From Candidatus Methanomethylicia archaeon (lineage in GTDB: Archaea > Thermoproteota > Methanomethylicia > Culexarchaeales > Culexarchaeaceae), in NCBI GenBank assembly GCA_038727515.1, contig JAVYVS010000002.1:64001-128000 (forward strand): 64,000 nt of DNA, written 5' to 3'. The notes beneath the pieces are model-generated. The model was not told the DNA's origin, did no database searches, and saw nothing but the letters and a program-made list of their open reading frames with translations. The position numbers were made by a program, and so were the translations under genes. Below, in pieces: positions 49,156 through 59,019 of this stretch; within the stretch, counting starts at the first letter, position 1, and every line of letters starts with the position of its first letter.

Positions 49156-50657
49156 GTTTTATGGAAATATTATATCCAATGCTAATATTAGCATTCTTCG
49201 GTGTAACAACGCCAATTATTGGTTGGATTTGTGAGAGGTATGGTTTACGTAATCTTGTTAGCGGTTGGGCTTTATTTGGTTTTCTAACTTCCCTAATGGC
49301 TTGCCTTAAACTAGTAGGTTTACTCTATGAAAAGCCAATTATAAGGTATAGTATATACCAAGCTGTTGATGGTTTTAAAATTGGCTTTACAGTTTTAGAT
49401 TGGCTTAGCTTCACATTTACCCTTGGCTTCATCCTTTTAGGTTTAATATCCACTTTGCATTCAATTGATTACATGTCTCATGACACAGGTTTACCAGCTT
49501 ACTACTCCCTACTATTGCTAATGGTTTGCGGTATGATTGGAGTTATTATGGCAGGTGACTTCCTAACGCTATATGTATTCTGGGAGTTGATGAGCATATC
49601 CTCATATTGTTTGGTTGGATTTAGAAAGCATCTCTGGGAGCCTGTGGAAGCAGGCTTCAAATATCTATTGATGAGCGCTGTAGGTTCAGCCTTCATATTA
49701 TTCTCAATGTCATATCTATATGGTTTAACTGGATCCTTAAGCTTCGCTCAAATAACTCTCTCCCTAATGAATGCTAAATCTTCTCCACTACTATACCTAC
49801 TATTCATATTATTGATCGTAGGCTTCGGCGTTAAAGCTGCTATTGTACCATTTCATTCATGGCTTCCAGATGCACATCCAGCTGCCCCCAGCCCTATAAG
49901 TGCTATGCTTTCAGGTGTAGTAATAAAAACTGGCGTTTATGCAATAATAAGAACTTCATATCTAATCTTTGATGTTTCAATTGTGGATTATAGATTGATG
50001 TTAGCTTTCCTATCAGTATTGACCATGAGTGTTGGAAACATTCTAGCTTTAGTTCAAAAGGATATTAAACGTTTACTTGCATATTCAAGTATAGCTCAAA
50101 TTGGATATTTACTATTGGCTTTATCCTTAGGAACGGAATTTGGTTTAATGGCTGGTATTGTACACTTCTTTAATCATGCCTTAATGAAGGGACTTGCATT
50201 TCTCTGCGCTGGATCAATCATACATGAACTTAATACGAGGAATCTTGATGAAATTATTGGTGTTGGTAGAAGAATGCCTATAACTGGTGTGTCACTATCT
50301 ATAGCACTTCTCTCACTAGCTGGAATGCCATTTCTCAATGGTTTTATAAGTAAGTATTTAATATTTGCAGCAGCCATAGATGCTCAAGCATATTTATTGA
50401 CAGCCATAGGATTACTAAATAGTGCTATTGGAGTAGTATACTATATCCGTGTAATACAGACAATATTTAGGAAGCCTATTGAAAGTGTTATGAAGGCAAG
50501 TGAATCTTCACCATTTATACTGTCTTCCTTAATAATCCTATCAGTACTTTGCATAGTCTTAGGCGTATGGCCTCAACCATTATCTTCAATGGCTGAAACA
50601 GCAGCACACTTCACAATGCAAAAACTCCTTTACATAAGGTCGATAATACCATTATAA
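49149..50657 (+). CDS. Antiporter-like subunit (MrpD/NuoN-like)
   Basis: LYVFWELMS, EAGFKY, KAAIVPFHSWLPDAH, KRLLAYSSIAQIG, GFISK. Confidence 0.92.
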   Translation: MVGFMEILYPMLILAFFGVTTPIIGWICERYGLRNLVSGWALFGFLTSLMACLKLVGLLYEKPIIRYSIYQAVDGFKIGFTVLDWLSFTFTLGFILLGLISTLHSIDYMSHDTGLPAYYSLLLLMVCGMIGVIMAGDFLTLYVFWELMSISSYCLVGFRKHLWEPVEAGFKYLLMSAVGSAFILFSMSYLYGLTGSLSFAQITLSLMNAKSSPLLYLLFILLIVGFGVKAAIVPFHSWLPDAHPAAPSPISAMLSGVVIKTGVYAIIRTSYLIFDVSIVDYRLMLAFLSVLTMSVGNILALVQKDIKRLLAYSSIAQIGYLLLALSLGTEFGLMAGIVHFFNHALMKGLAFLCAGSIIHELNTRNLDEIIGVGRRMPITGVSLSIALLSLAGMPFLNGFISKYLIFAAAIDAQAYLLTAIGLLNSAIGVVYYIRVIQTIFRKPIESVMKASESSPFILSSLIILSVLCIVLGVWPQPLSSMAETAAHFTMQKLLYIRSIIPL

Positions 50658-50741
50658 ACGGTATACAATAAAAAATTTAATAATCACATATCTACATAAT
50701 CTTTATCGAAAATTTCCTCCTCTTCTGCGGAGTTGTGCGAT

Positions 50742-52346
50742 ATGTCAAGTATAATTAAGTCAGCTGAAATGTGCAAAGTTCAACTAGTGTTGCCAAAGCA
50801 CTATTACTATGATGTCAAATTGGCTTTAATCAATTTAAAGGTTTTTCATCCAGATGAATGGTGGGTTAATGAAGAATTTGTAGAGTTTATTAAAGAATTG
50901 AAAGCTGAAGAAAATATAGATTTAAAATCGTTAAGTAAACCTCATGAGGAAAGTGCTAAGTTTAAATCTTTATTGGATAAGGTGAATCGATTAATTAATA
51001 CCCTTGGGTTGGAAGCATCAACTATTACATTTAAGCTAAAGCATGTAGATAGGAGTTATTTAAATGATCTTGAGAATAAGCTAAACTTCATTGAATCAAA
51101 AATCAATGAGTTTTCACAATCCCCTGAAAACGTCGAACTTAAAGTTAAGTTAAATGAAGTATGCCAGAATTATGAAAATATTATTTTAGAAGCAAAACAA
51201 GTTTTTGAAAGTGTTTTAGATAGGGATGAAAATACCTTCCATAGTGATTACTTTTCATATATGTTTGGATGGGTTCCAAAGGATAGGGTTAACGAAATTA
51301 TTGAAACCATTGAGAAAACTACAAATAAATCAGTAGTAATCTCAGTTTCACAACCTGGCAAACATGATAATCCCCCATTTCTATCTAAATCTCCAAAACC
51401 TCTAAAACCATTTGAATCTCTAATAAAAACTTATGATATTCCATCAACCCATGAAATTAATCCAACATTAATCGTTAGTATAACCTTCCCATTACTATTT
51501 GGATTAGCTTTCGCGGATGTTGGCCATGGACTCTTACTAGCACTATTTGGAATTGCAACTTACATACTTAAACGTAAAGGGTTCTCTGGCGGTGAAATGA
51601 TCAATTTAGTTCTCTCTGGAGCTGAATTATATATTTTATGTGGTATTGCAGCTATATTTGGCGGTTTAATGTTCGGTGAATTCTTCGGTTTTCACATACA
51701 TCATCCACCTCTAGAATTCATACTTGAAGCTATACCGGGAATTGGTCATGCTTTTAGTCCATTGGAAGAACCTATGAAAATGTTTAAACTCTCACTAATG
51801 GTTGGAATTATGCATATAAGTTTAGGATTAACATTAAGTGTAATCAACGCTGTACTTGAGGGAGAATATAAAAAGGCTTTCTTTGGACATATATGCTGGT
51901 TATGGTTCTATTTAGGTGCAATGTACTTAGGTTTATTCGTATATAAATTTGATATTAGTAAATGGATGTCTGGCAGTTTAACCATACCATTAGTGGTAGC
52001 ACCATTAGTCTTAATGCTTGTAGGAATGATGTTAACTGAAAATCCAATAGATGGCTTCGCTCATACATTTGAAGCAGCAATAAGCTCACTTTCACATACA
52101 GTATCATATGGACGTATACTTGCATTATCACTTTCCCATGGAATGTTAAGTCAATTATTATCTTCAGCAATCCCAGCACTTGGAGCTGCAGGCTATATAG
52201 TCCTAGCTATAGGAACAATAACCCTAGTAATGGCTCTTGAAGGACTTGTATCATTCACACATGTACTAAGGCTTACATGGGTTGAATTTGGCTTTAAATA
52301 CTTCCGTGGTGGTGGAGAAGAATATAAACCTCTAGGTGTTAAATAA
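50742..52346 (+). CDS. atpI: A/V-type ATPase subunit I (a)
   Basis: GWVP, EINPT, FPLLFGLAFADVGHG, SHTVSYGRILAL (essential Arg), HVLRLTWVEF, GGG..YKP; soluble domain is short. Confidence 0.9.
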   Translation: MSSIIKSAEMCKVQLVLPKHYYYDVKLALINLKVFHPDEWWVNEEFVEFIKELKAEENIDLKSLSKPHEESAKFKSLLDKVNRLINTLGLEASTITFKLKHVDRSYLNDLENKLNFIESKINEFSQSPENVELKVKLNEVCQNYENIILEAKQVFESVLDRDENTFHSDYFSYMFGWVPKDRVNEIIETIEKTTNKSVVISVSQPGKHDNPPFLSKSPKPLKPFESLIKTYDIPSTHEINPTLIVSITFPLLFGLAFADVGHGLLLALFGIATYILKRKGFSGGEMINLVLSGAELYILCGIAAIFGGLMFGEFFGFHIHHPPLEFILEAIPGIGHAFSPLEEPMKMFKLSLMVGIMHISLGLTLSVINAVLEGEYKKAFFGHICWLWFYLGAMYLGLFVYKFDISKWMSGSLTIPLVVAPLVLMLVGMMLTENPIDGFAHTFEAAISSLSHTVSYGRILALSLSHGMLSQLLSSAIPALGAAGYIVLAIGTITLVMALEGLVSFTHVLRLTWVEFGFKYFRGGGEEYKPLGVK

Positions 52347-52414
52347 ATGCATAAATCAATAACGTTTATAAATAAATCAACATTATTGTAGTAATAGTTG
52401 TTGGAGGAAGAAAT

Positions 52415-52864
52415 ATGGATGAAACGATAATCGGTCTTATAGGCGTTCTACTTTCAAGTTGCATACCAATATCAGGTGCAGCCTACGGAATTGTAACCGC
52501 AGGTATATCTATGGCTGGAGCTGGAACTGAACGCCCTGAAATAGTTACAAAGCTACTTTTAGCAGTTGTATTAGCTGAAGCTATAGGAATCTATGGATTA
52601 CTTACCTCAATAATGCTCATAGGAAAACTCTCCATAATCCTTGCTTCATATGAAGCAGCCATGAAAGCTTTATCAGCAGGTTTAGTAATGGCTGTATGTG
52701 GTTTATTAGCTTCAATAGCAATTGCATATACTGGATCAGCTATGGCTGGAGCTGGAGTTGAAAAACCTGAAATAGTTACAAAGACTCTTCTAGCAGTTGT
52801 ATTAGCTGAAGCTTTAGCAATCTATGGATTACTAATATCCATAATGTTAATAGGCACTATATAA
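52415..52864 (+). CDS. atpK: A/V-type ATPase proteolipid c/K, two-hairpin
   Basis: Duplicated GAGxE[RK]PE...VVLAEA..IYG; Glu present in both hairpins. Confidence 0.92.
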   Translation: MDETIIGLIGVLLSSCIPISGAAYGIVTAGISMAGAGTERPEIVTKLLLAVVLAEAIGIYGLLTSIMLIGKLSIILASYEAAMKALSAGLVMAVCGLLASIAIAYTGSAMAGAGVEKPEIVTKTLLAVVLAEALAIYGLLISIMLIGTI

Positions 52865-52877
52865 GTGGAGTGCCTAA

Positions 52878-53546
52878 ATGATGAATAGTAAAAGCAACGA
52901 ACTAGAGAAACTAAATGAACAATTAAAGTATACTAGGAGAAAGTATAAAAAGACCATTATAAATTCAAAGATAAAACTTTTGAAAACAAAAATTGCATCC
53001 AAAAATTGTATAACCAAAATTGAAGCTTATAAAGGGAATTGCATCAATAGAGTTGTAAATACTAAAGATATGACTATTAAACTTGTAGAAAATTCCATCA
53101 AAAATAATGTTAATATGATAAGCAGTGAGGGTTTCGTTCCTGATGAAAGTCTAGTTAAACTTTACTCTTTAATTGATAAAACAACATACATTCTAAAGTC
53201 CAAACCATCAAAGATACCAAGTTTTAGACAATACATTTCTAAAGTTTTTTCTGCGATTTCCAATAGCTTATCTACTCTACGTATATACTTTGCTAGAAAG
53301 CTTGCTTTTCCACCAATACTTTATTCTAAATCTTTCACTATGTCTATAATTGAAGTTAAATCATGGCATAGTAACTTATATTTAAGATTGACTACTGGAT
53401 TTAAAGATTTTAGAAAAACTTTATTGAATTATAAATCTAAGCTTGACAAATATGATTCAATTTTACTTTCATCAAAGGCTAGGTGTAATAATGCCATCCA
53501 AGTATCTATATCCAAGGGTAAAACTATTACTCGAAGATTTCTATAA
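52878..53546 (+). CDS. Basic hypothetical protein, possibly a highly divergent ATPase subunit D
   Basis: GGAG ribosome-binding site directly after atpK; ELEKLNEQLKYTRR and RCNNAIQ loosely resemble the subunit D N-terminal helix and RVNALE motif. Confidence 0.4.
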   Translation: MMNSKSNELEKLNEQLKYTRRKYKKTIINSKIKLLKTKIASKNCITKIEAYKGNCINRVVNTKDMTIKLVENSIKNNVNMISSEGFVPDESLVKLYSLIDKTTYILKSKPSKIPSFRQYISKVFSAISNSLSTLRIYFARKLAFPPILYSKSFTMSIIEVKSWHSNLYLRLTTGFKDFRKTLLNYKSKLDKYDSILLSSKARCNNAIQVSISKGKTITRRFL

Positions 53547-53562
53547 TAAATATTATAAATAT

Positions 53563-54618
53563 TTAAATTATTATTTCCTCCATAATTTTTCGTTTTGGTA
53601 TTTCAAGTGATTTCCCATATATTATCACTTTTAAATTTCTTATTTCAGTCCATTTCTTAGTTAAGTATGCCAGTGTTGGTGATATATCGTATTGAAATCC
53701 CTTTTTCCAAACTTTTTGATAACCCTTATATATTTCTTTATTAAATAGTTTCTCTAATTCTTCTATTCCTCCCTTATTTATTGCTTCTATACTTTGCTTT
53801 AATAACGGTTTATATTCTTTTTCCATTAATTCGGTTAACACTTCCTTTTGATCTTCTTTTTCAAAAGCTCTTCTTATCTTTTGCATATTTATTTTGTATG
53901 TTGGGGTTATGATGTTTTCTTCTAGTTCATTCCAATCTATTTTAAGTTTCTTTGCTCTTAGGGTGTTTTTTATATTTGTTAAATCTATTTCTATTCCCAG
54001 CATTTCTCTAACACTTTTTGAGCTTTTACCATCAAGTCTTTTTGCTTCATTTATTATAGCTTCATATACTATTTTATCTATTTTTGCTTCAACAATTTTT
54101 GCATCTTCTTCTTTAAATTCTTTTTCAAATATTTTATGTATTGGTATCGGCACTCCTATTTCAACTAGTTTTTCCAATAATTCCCTTAGGTTTTTTGATT
54201 CTTCATATACTTTAACGTATTCTTCAATTTTGAGTCCTAGTGGGATGGGTGTTAAATGTTGTTTTAATCTTTCTACTGAAGCTCCTAATGTTTTTAATCT
54301 TATTGCAGCCTTTATGTTTTCAGCTTCATATTTCATCATATATAATGCTATTACTCTCATTGCTTGTTTCGGAAGCCATTTTAATACTTTTAGATATGAT
54401 CTCGTCAATGATTTTATCAATATTTTCTCCATTTCTATTGGTGTTGGTGTTTCTTGAAGACCTCTTACTTCTTCTCTATATGGAGTTTCCATTAATACCT
54501 TTACAATTTCTTTATAGGGTGCTTCTATGATTTTATTGTAATCCTCTTTTCTCAGGTATTCCCTTTTTAATCCCCTAATTTTTGTGTTTATGAATCCATA
54601 TCTAATTATTCCAAGCAA
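53563..54618 (-). CDS. atpC: A/V-type ATPase subunit C (d)
   Basis: YGFINTKIRGLK, L.ETPY, YEAENIKAAIR, EIDLTNIKNTLR, EIRNLKVII.GK. Confidence 0.88.
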   Translation of the reverse strand: MLGIIRYGFINTKIRGLKREYLRKEDYNKIIEAPYKEIVKVLMETPYREEVRGLQETPTPIEMEKILIKSLTRSYLKVLKWLPKQAMRVIALYMMKYEAENIKAAIRLKTLGASVERLKQHLTPIPLGLKIEEYVKVYEESKNLRELLEKLVEIGVPIPIHKIFEKEFKEEDAKIVEAKIDKIVYEAIINEAKRLDGKSSKSVREMLGIEIDLTNIKNTLRAKKLKIDWNELEENIITPTYKINMQKIRRAFEKEDQKEVLTELMEKEYKPLLKQSIEAINKGGIEELEKLFNKEIYKGYQKVWKKGFQYDISPTLAYLTKKWTEIRNLKVIIYGKSLEIPKRKIMEEIII

Positions 54619-54673
54619 AGTTATCAGCCTACACTTTATTCTTTAATACGCTAAATACCAATATTGTTATTCA

Positions 54674-55225
54674 CTATTTATACTTAATTGGTTTTAAGAT
54701 TATGTATGTTGTTATTATCAATAACCATATTACTACTCCAATAACTACTCCAATTCCAGCATAAAACTCACTTATCCTACTTCCAATAGTATATCCCATT
54801 AATATTAATGGTATCATTAAAGATAGTAATGCTATACTCCTACTTATCATGAATCTAAATAATCTCTTACCTTCATCTTCAATTCTTTCATCTACAACTT
54901 TCTCCTTCACCTCTTTGACTTTCTCTTTTACTTTAATACTTTCTTTCTCCTCTAATCCCCCTCTTCTTGAGATAACGGTTGCCTTTTCAATTACTTCAGA
55001 TAATGTATTGTATGGTTTATTATGCCTTAAGTTTATTCTACATGTTTCATATAATATTTTCATTGGTATCCATTCTTCTCCATTAATCCATTTTTCTAAT
55101 TCTTCTTCCTTTATCTTTAATCTTTTTAGATATTCATCTCTTCCTAATGTTTCAATAGCTGTTTTTAAAGCTTTCAAAACTTTTTCTGTAGGTTCAATAT
55201 ATATTTCTTCTGTCATTTCATCCAT
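54674..55225 (-). CDS. Hypothetical protein: HTH-like N-terminus, charged linker, two C-terminal TM helices
   Basis: LEKWINGE.WIP (Xre-like); C-terminal hydrophobic hairpin. Confidence 0.6.
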   Translation of the reverse strand: MDEMTEEIYIEPTEKVLKALKTAIETLGRDEYLKRLKIKEEELEKWINGEEWIPMKILYETCRINLRHNKPYNTLSEVIEKATVISRRGGLEEKESIKVKEKVKEVKEKVVDERIEDEGKRLFRFMISRSIALLSLMIPLILMGYTIGSRISEFYAGIGVVIGVVIWLLIITTYIILKPIKYK

Positions 55226-55332
55226 ACCATATCTTTATATGCGTATCAAAATTATTTAAATCGTTAGTTTTTTATATAGTTGTTATTTGAATTCTTTTTA
55301 GATTTTTAATTTTATTCGTATGGACTTTAGAG

Positions 55333-57507
55333 GTGGATGATTTGCTTAATTATTCACCTTGGCTTGTTTGGATTATTCCAATTATAGGTGCACTTTTAAC
55401 ACCTTTAATTGCACGTTTAGGTGATAGAATTCGAGATATCTCTGCTGTCTTCTTCTCTTTTCTAGCTGCTTTAATGGCTACAGTAAACTTTTCATATGTT
55501 ATGTCTGGAGGTATGTATATTCCAGGGGTTGGATATGTTAAGGTTCCCATTGATTGGCGTTTTAAATGGTTTATTGTTCCTGGGTTCCATTTAGATGTTG
55601 GAGTTTTACTGGATCCTCTTAGTGCTTTAATGGGTGTTATTGTTGCTTGGATTTCATTTTTAATTATGATTTATAGCTTGGGTTATATGCATGGTGAAGA
55701 AGGTTTAACTAGATACTGGTTTTTCATGAATTTCTTTATTGGGAATATGCTTCTACTCGTCATGTCCGATAATATTCTACAGATGTTATTTGGGTGGGAG
55801 GGTGTTGGACTATGTAGTTATCAATTGATTGGCTTCTATTATAGTGATGAAAGGAAGCGTTGGATTGGCAATGTTCCTCCATCACATGCTGGTATGAAAG
55901 CCTTCATAACCACTAAAATTGGAGATATATCCCTCATGATAGCTTCCTTCATAATATTCACTATATCTGGAACTTTTAATTTCCTAGATCTTCAAGCAAA
56001 TTATGAATGGATAATTGAACTTGCTAAGATGGGGTTGATAATTCCAGTTGTATTATTATTCTTTGGTGGACCTATTGGGAAATCTGCTCAATTTCCATTG
56101 CATGAATGGCTTCCAGAGGCTATGGCAGGCCCTACTTCAGTTTCAGCATTAATACATGCTGCTACTATGGTTAAAGCTGGAGTTTACCTTGTTGCTAGAA
56201 TGGTTCCAATATTTTATGGAAGTTTTACCCATGCGATTGCACATGTTCATGGATTAGCCATTGAAAACTTAATTTTACAAGCTAGAAACAGCTTCTTCTT
56301 AACTGTTGCATGGATTGGTGCATTTACAGCTTTTCTAGCTGCTACTCAAGCCATGGTTAGTAGAGAATTGAAGAAAGTTCTTGCGTATTCTACGATTTCT
56401 CAAATTGGTTATATGATGTTAGGTTTAGGTGCTGGAGGTTTAATGGAAAATGTAGCTATAGGTTTTGTTGCTGGAGTATTTCATTTAGCTAGTCATGCGA
56501 TCTTTAAAGCTTTGCTATTTATGGCTGCTGGTGCAGTTATTCATGCATGTGAGAGTACTGATATGTTTAATATGGGTGGTATTAGACGTGATATGCCTAT
56601 AACTTTTGTTTGTATGCTTATTGGAGCTTTATCTCTTTCAGGTATACCTCCACTTAGTGGTTTTTGGAGTAAAGAAGCTGTTTTCACAGCTTGTTTAGTT
56701 TCTGGTCAGTATATACTATTGGCTTTTGCAGCTGTAACTGCCGCTATAACATTCTTCTATAGTTTAAGAATGATTGCAATAACATTTCTTGGAGAGAAGA
56801 GTGAGCATTTAGAGGAATTGGAACATGAAGGTCATCATGTTCATGAAGTTTCAAAGGTTATGTGGATTCCATATGCAATATTAGCTATCTCAACTATTGC
56901 CATAGGTTTGATAGGTCCATTTTTCGAAGAGTACTTACATGAATTCCTAGAGCCTTCTATTCATATGATTCATCATGAAATTGCAATTTCAAGTGTTGTT
57001 TATGGTGCTGAAGTTGAAGTTTCTGGTTTTCCAACGAAATTAACAACTATGCTAATAACTTTATGCATGCTTATCTTAGGAGGTTATCCAGCATATTTAA
57101 TGTATATTTCACGTAAAGTTGATCCTGAATCCTTTGTCGAATCTCATGGGTTAAAGGGCATATACAACTTCTTATGGAATAGATGGTATATTAATCCAAC
57201 CTATTATGGTGTATTTGTATATCCTTTGATTCATGGTAGTGTTAAAGTCTTTAGAGGCTTTGAGAAAGCTGTTATTGATAGATTTAATTATGTTTTAGCG
57301 AATATAGTATTGAGCTTTAGCAATATTGTTTATAGATATTTTGAAAAGCCTATTTTAGATGGATTTAATTATTTTGTAGCTAATGTTTTCATGGTGTTTT
57401 CACAGATTTTCAGAAGAATTCAAACTGGTGTTTCTTCATTTAACATTATGGGTATTGGTTTAGGTATACTAATATTGATATTAATGATACTATTCGGTTT
57501 TATTTAA
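55333..57507 (+). CDS. NuoL/MrpA-like antiporter subunit
   Basis: LLDPLS, GWEGVGLCSY, GKSAQFPLHEWLPEAMAGPTSVSALIHAATMV, GFWSKE, long lateral helix. Confidence 0.94.
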   Translation: MDDLLNYSPWLVWIIPIIGALLTPLIARLGDRIRDISAVFFSFLAALMATVNFSYVMSGGMYIPGVGYVKVPIDWRFKWFIVPGFHLDVGVLLDPLSALMGVIVAWISFLIMIYSLGYMHGEEGLTRYWFFMNFFIGNMLLLVMSDNILQMLFGWEGVGLCSYQLIGFYYSDERKRWIGNVPPSHAGMKAFITTKIGDISLMIASFIIFTISGTFNFLDLQANYEWIIELAKMGLIIPVVLLFFGGPIGKSAQFPLHEWLPEAMAGPTSVSALIHAATMVKAGVYLVARMVPIFYGSFTHAIAHVHGLAIENLILQARNSFFLTVAWIGAFTAFLAATQAMVSRELKKVLAYSTISQIGYMMLGLGAGGLMENVAIGFVAGVFHLASHAIFKALLFMAAGAVIHACESTDMFNMGGIRRDMPITFVCMLIGALSLSGIPPLSGFWSKEAVFTACLVSGQYILLAFAAVTAAITFFYSLRMIAITFLGEKSEHLEELEHEGHHVHEVSKVMWIPYAILAISTIAIGLIGPFFEEYLHEFLEPSIHMIHHEIAISSVVYGAEVEVSGFPTKLTTMLITLCMLILGGYPAYLMYISRKVDPESFVESHGLKGIYNFLWNRWYINPTYYGVFVYPLIHGSVKVFRGFEKAVIDRFNYVLANIVLSFSNIVYRYFEKPILDGFNYFVANVFMVFSQIFRRIQTGVSSFNIMGIGLGILILILMILFGFI

Positions 57508-57535
57508 TTTAAATTTTCTTTATATTAATTTTGGA

Positions 57536-58966
57536 GTGGTGAATTTGAAAGTTAGAGTTAGAGGTATATACTCTACAGCTCTATCTAAACTTTTAATTGA
57601 TGAAGGTTATAGTATTGTTCAACCGTCAAAGGTTATTAAGGATAGATTTAATATTGGCGATGAAATGGATTATATGTTTTATGATGTTGATATTCTTGAT
57701 CGTGATGATAAGCATGGAGTATACATTTTGACTTCCAATGAGAATTTAAGAACTATCATAGACATTATTCATAGAAATCTTTTTGATGCTATTATTAGAA
57801 TTGCACCGTATGATGTCAATGGAATTTATAAAGGTGTTGTAGAAGCTATTGATAAAGTTAGAAATTTAGCTTTTATATCCATTATGCCTAAGCTCTTAGG
57901 TGTATTACCGTTATCTAGAGATTCCCCTCTTAAAGTTGGTGATGAAATTCTTGTTCAAGTGGATAAGAGTAGTTTAGGTTTAAGGATTCCACGTTTAACT
58001 ACACGTATAGGTTTAGCTGGTAGGTATGTTGTATTATTTAAAGGTGATGGTTTAAAGTTTAGTAGGAAGCTTACTGGAAGTTTCATTGATTATATGAATA
58101 TATCTGAGACATTAAAAGGAGTTCTGCCTGAAACTTTTGGAGTTATCATTAGATCTTCTTTTAAAAGTGCTTCTAAAGATGATATTTTAAATGAAATTTC
58201 AAATTTATTGGATAACTACAATCGATTGATGGATTTATTTAGGGTTTCACCTTCAAGAAGGCTGATAGTTAATGGGTTAAAGGTATTGGATGTTGAGTTT
58301 CCATATAATTCTAAGAGGATTCTTGATTCAATTAGGAGTTTTGTTACTTCAACAATAAATTTTCATCATTACTTTAAGATTTTAGGTGAAAATTATTCTA
58401 AAATGGTTGATAATGTTGAATCCCTATTATCTAAAGGTTTGAATGTAGATGATACCTTACTTAATATAGATCTTCTTAGAGGGGAATTTGCTTCTAATTT
58501 GAGAGTTATTGAACATGTTAAATTGAATGGAAAAGTCATATTGTTTAGGAACATTGAATCCATTGATTTTAATGGTAAGTTTTTAACTATTTATAGGAGG
58601 GTTAAATCGCCTGGATTTTATGATGGTTTAAACATAGTTAAGATGGTTGGTGATAAAATTGTTACGAAGATTGGTTTTGGAGATTGGTATTATGTTTCTC
58701 GATATTATTCTTCTGATGGTCAATTTCTAGGTTCATATATTAACATAAATACTCCAATTGAAATTTATGGTGATAGATTGAGATATGTGGATTTAGAAGT
58801 TGATGTATGTGTTAAATCAAATGGTGAATTTAAAATTTTAGATATGGATCATTTATATAAAGCCTTTAAAATGGGTGTTGTATCTGAGAGTTTATTTAGA
58901 TTCATATCCAAACTTGTGGATAATATTAAATCTAAAATTATACATGGAGAATTTGATGATATTTGA
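57536..58966 (+). CDS. fau-1: FAU-1 / DUF402 RNA-binding ribonuclease with S1/RNase E-like region
   Basis: VRVRGIYSTAL, GFYDGL, YININTPIE, YVDLEVDV. Confidence 0.85.
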   Translation: MVNLKVRVRGIYSTALSKLLIDEGYSIVQPSKVIKDRFNIGDEMDYMFYDVDILDRDDKHGVYILTSNENLRTIIDIIHRNLFDAIIRIAPYDVNGIYKGVVEAIDKVRNLAFISIMPKLLGVLPLSRDSPLKVGDEILVQVDKSSLGLRIPRLTTRIGLAGRYVVLFKGDGLKFSRKLTGSFIDYMNISETLKGVLPETFGVIIRSSFKSASKDDILNEISNLLDNYNRLMDLFRVSPSRRLIVNGLKVLDVEFPYNSKRILDSIRSFVTSTINFHHYFKILGENYSKMVDNVESLLSKGLNVDDTLLNIDLLRGEFASNLRVIEHVKLNGKVILFRNIESIDFNGKFLTIYRRVKSPGFYDGLNIVKMVGDKIVTKIGFGDWYYVSRYYSSDGQFLGSYININTPIEIYGDRLRYVDLEVDVCVKSNGEFKILDMDHLYKAFKMGVVSESLFRFISKLVDNIKSKIIHGEFDDI

Positions 58967-59019
58967 ATAATAAAGGTTTTATATTGACTTGAGATAAATT
59001 TTGTTGTATTTATTGGGGT

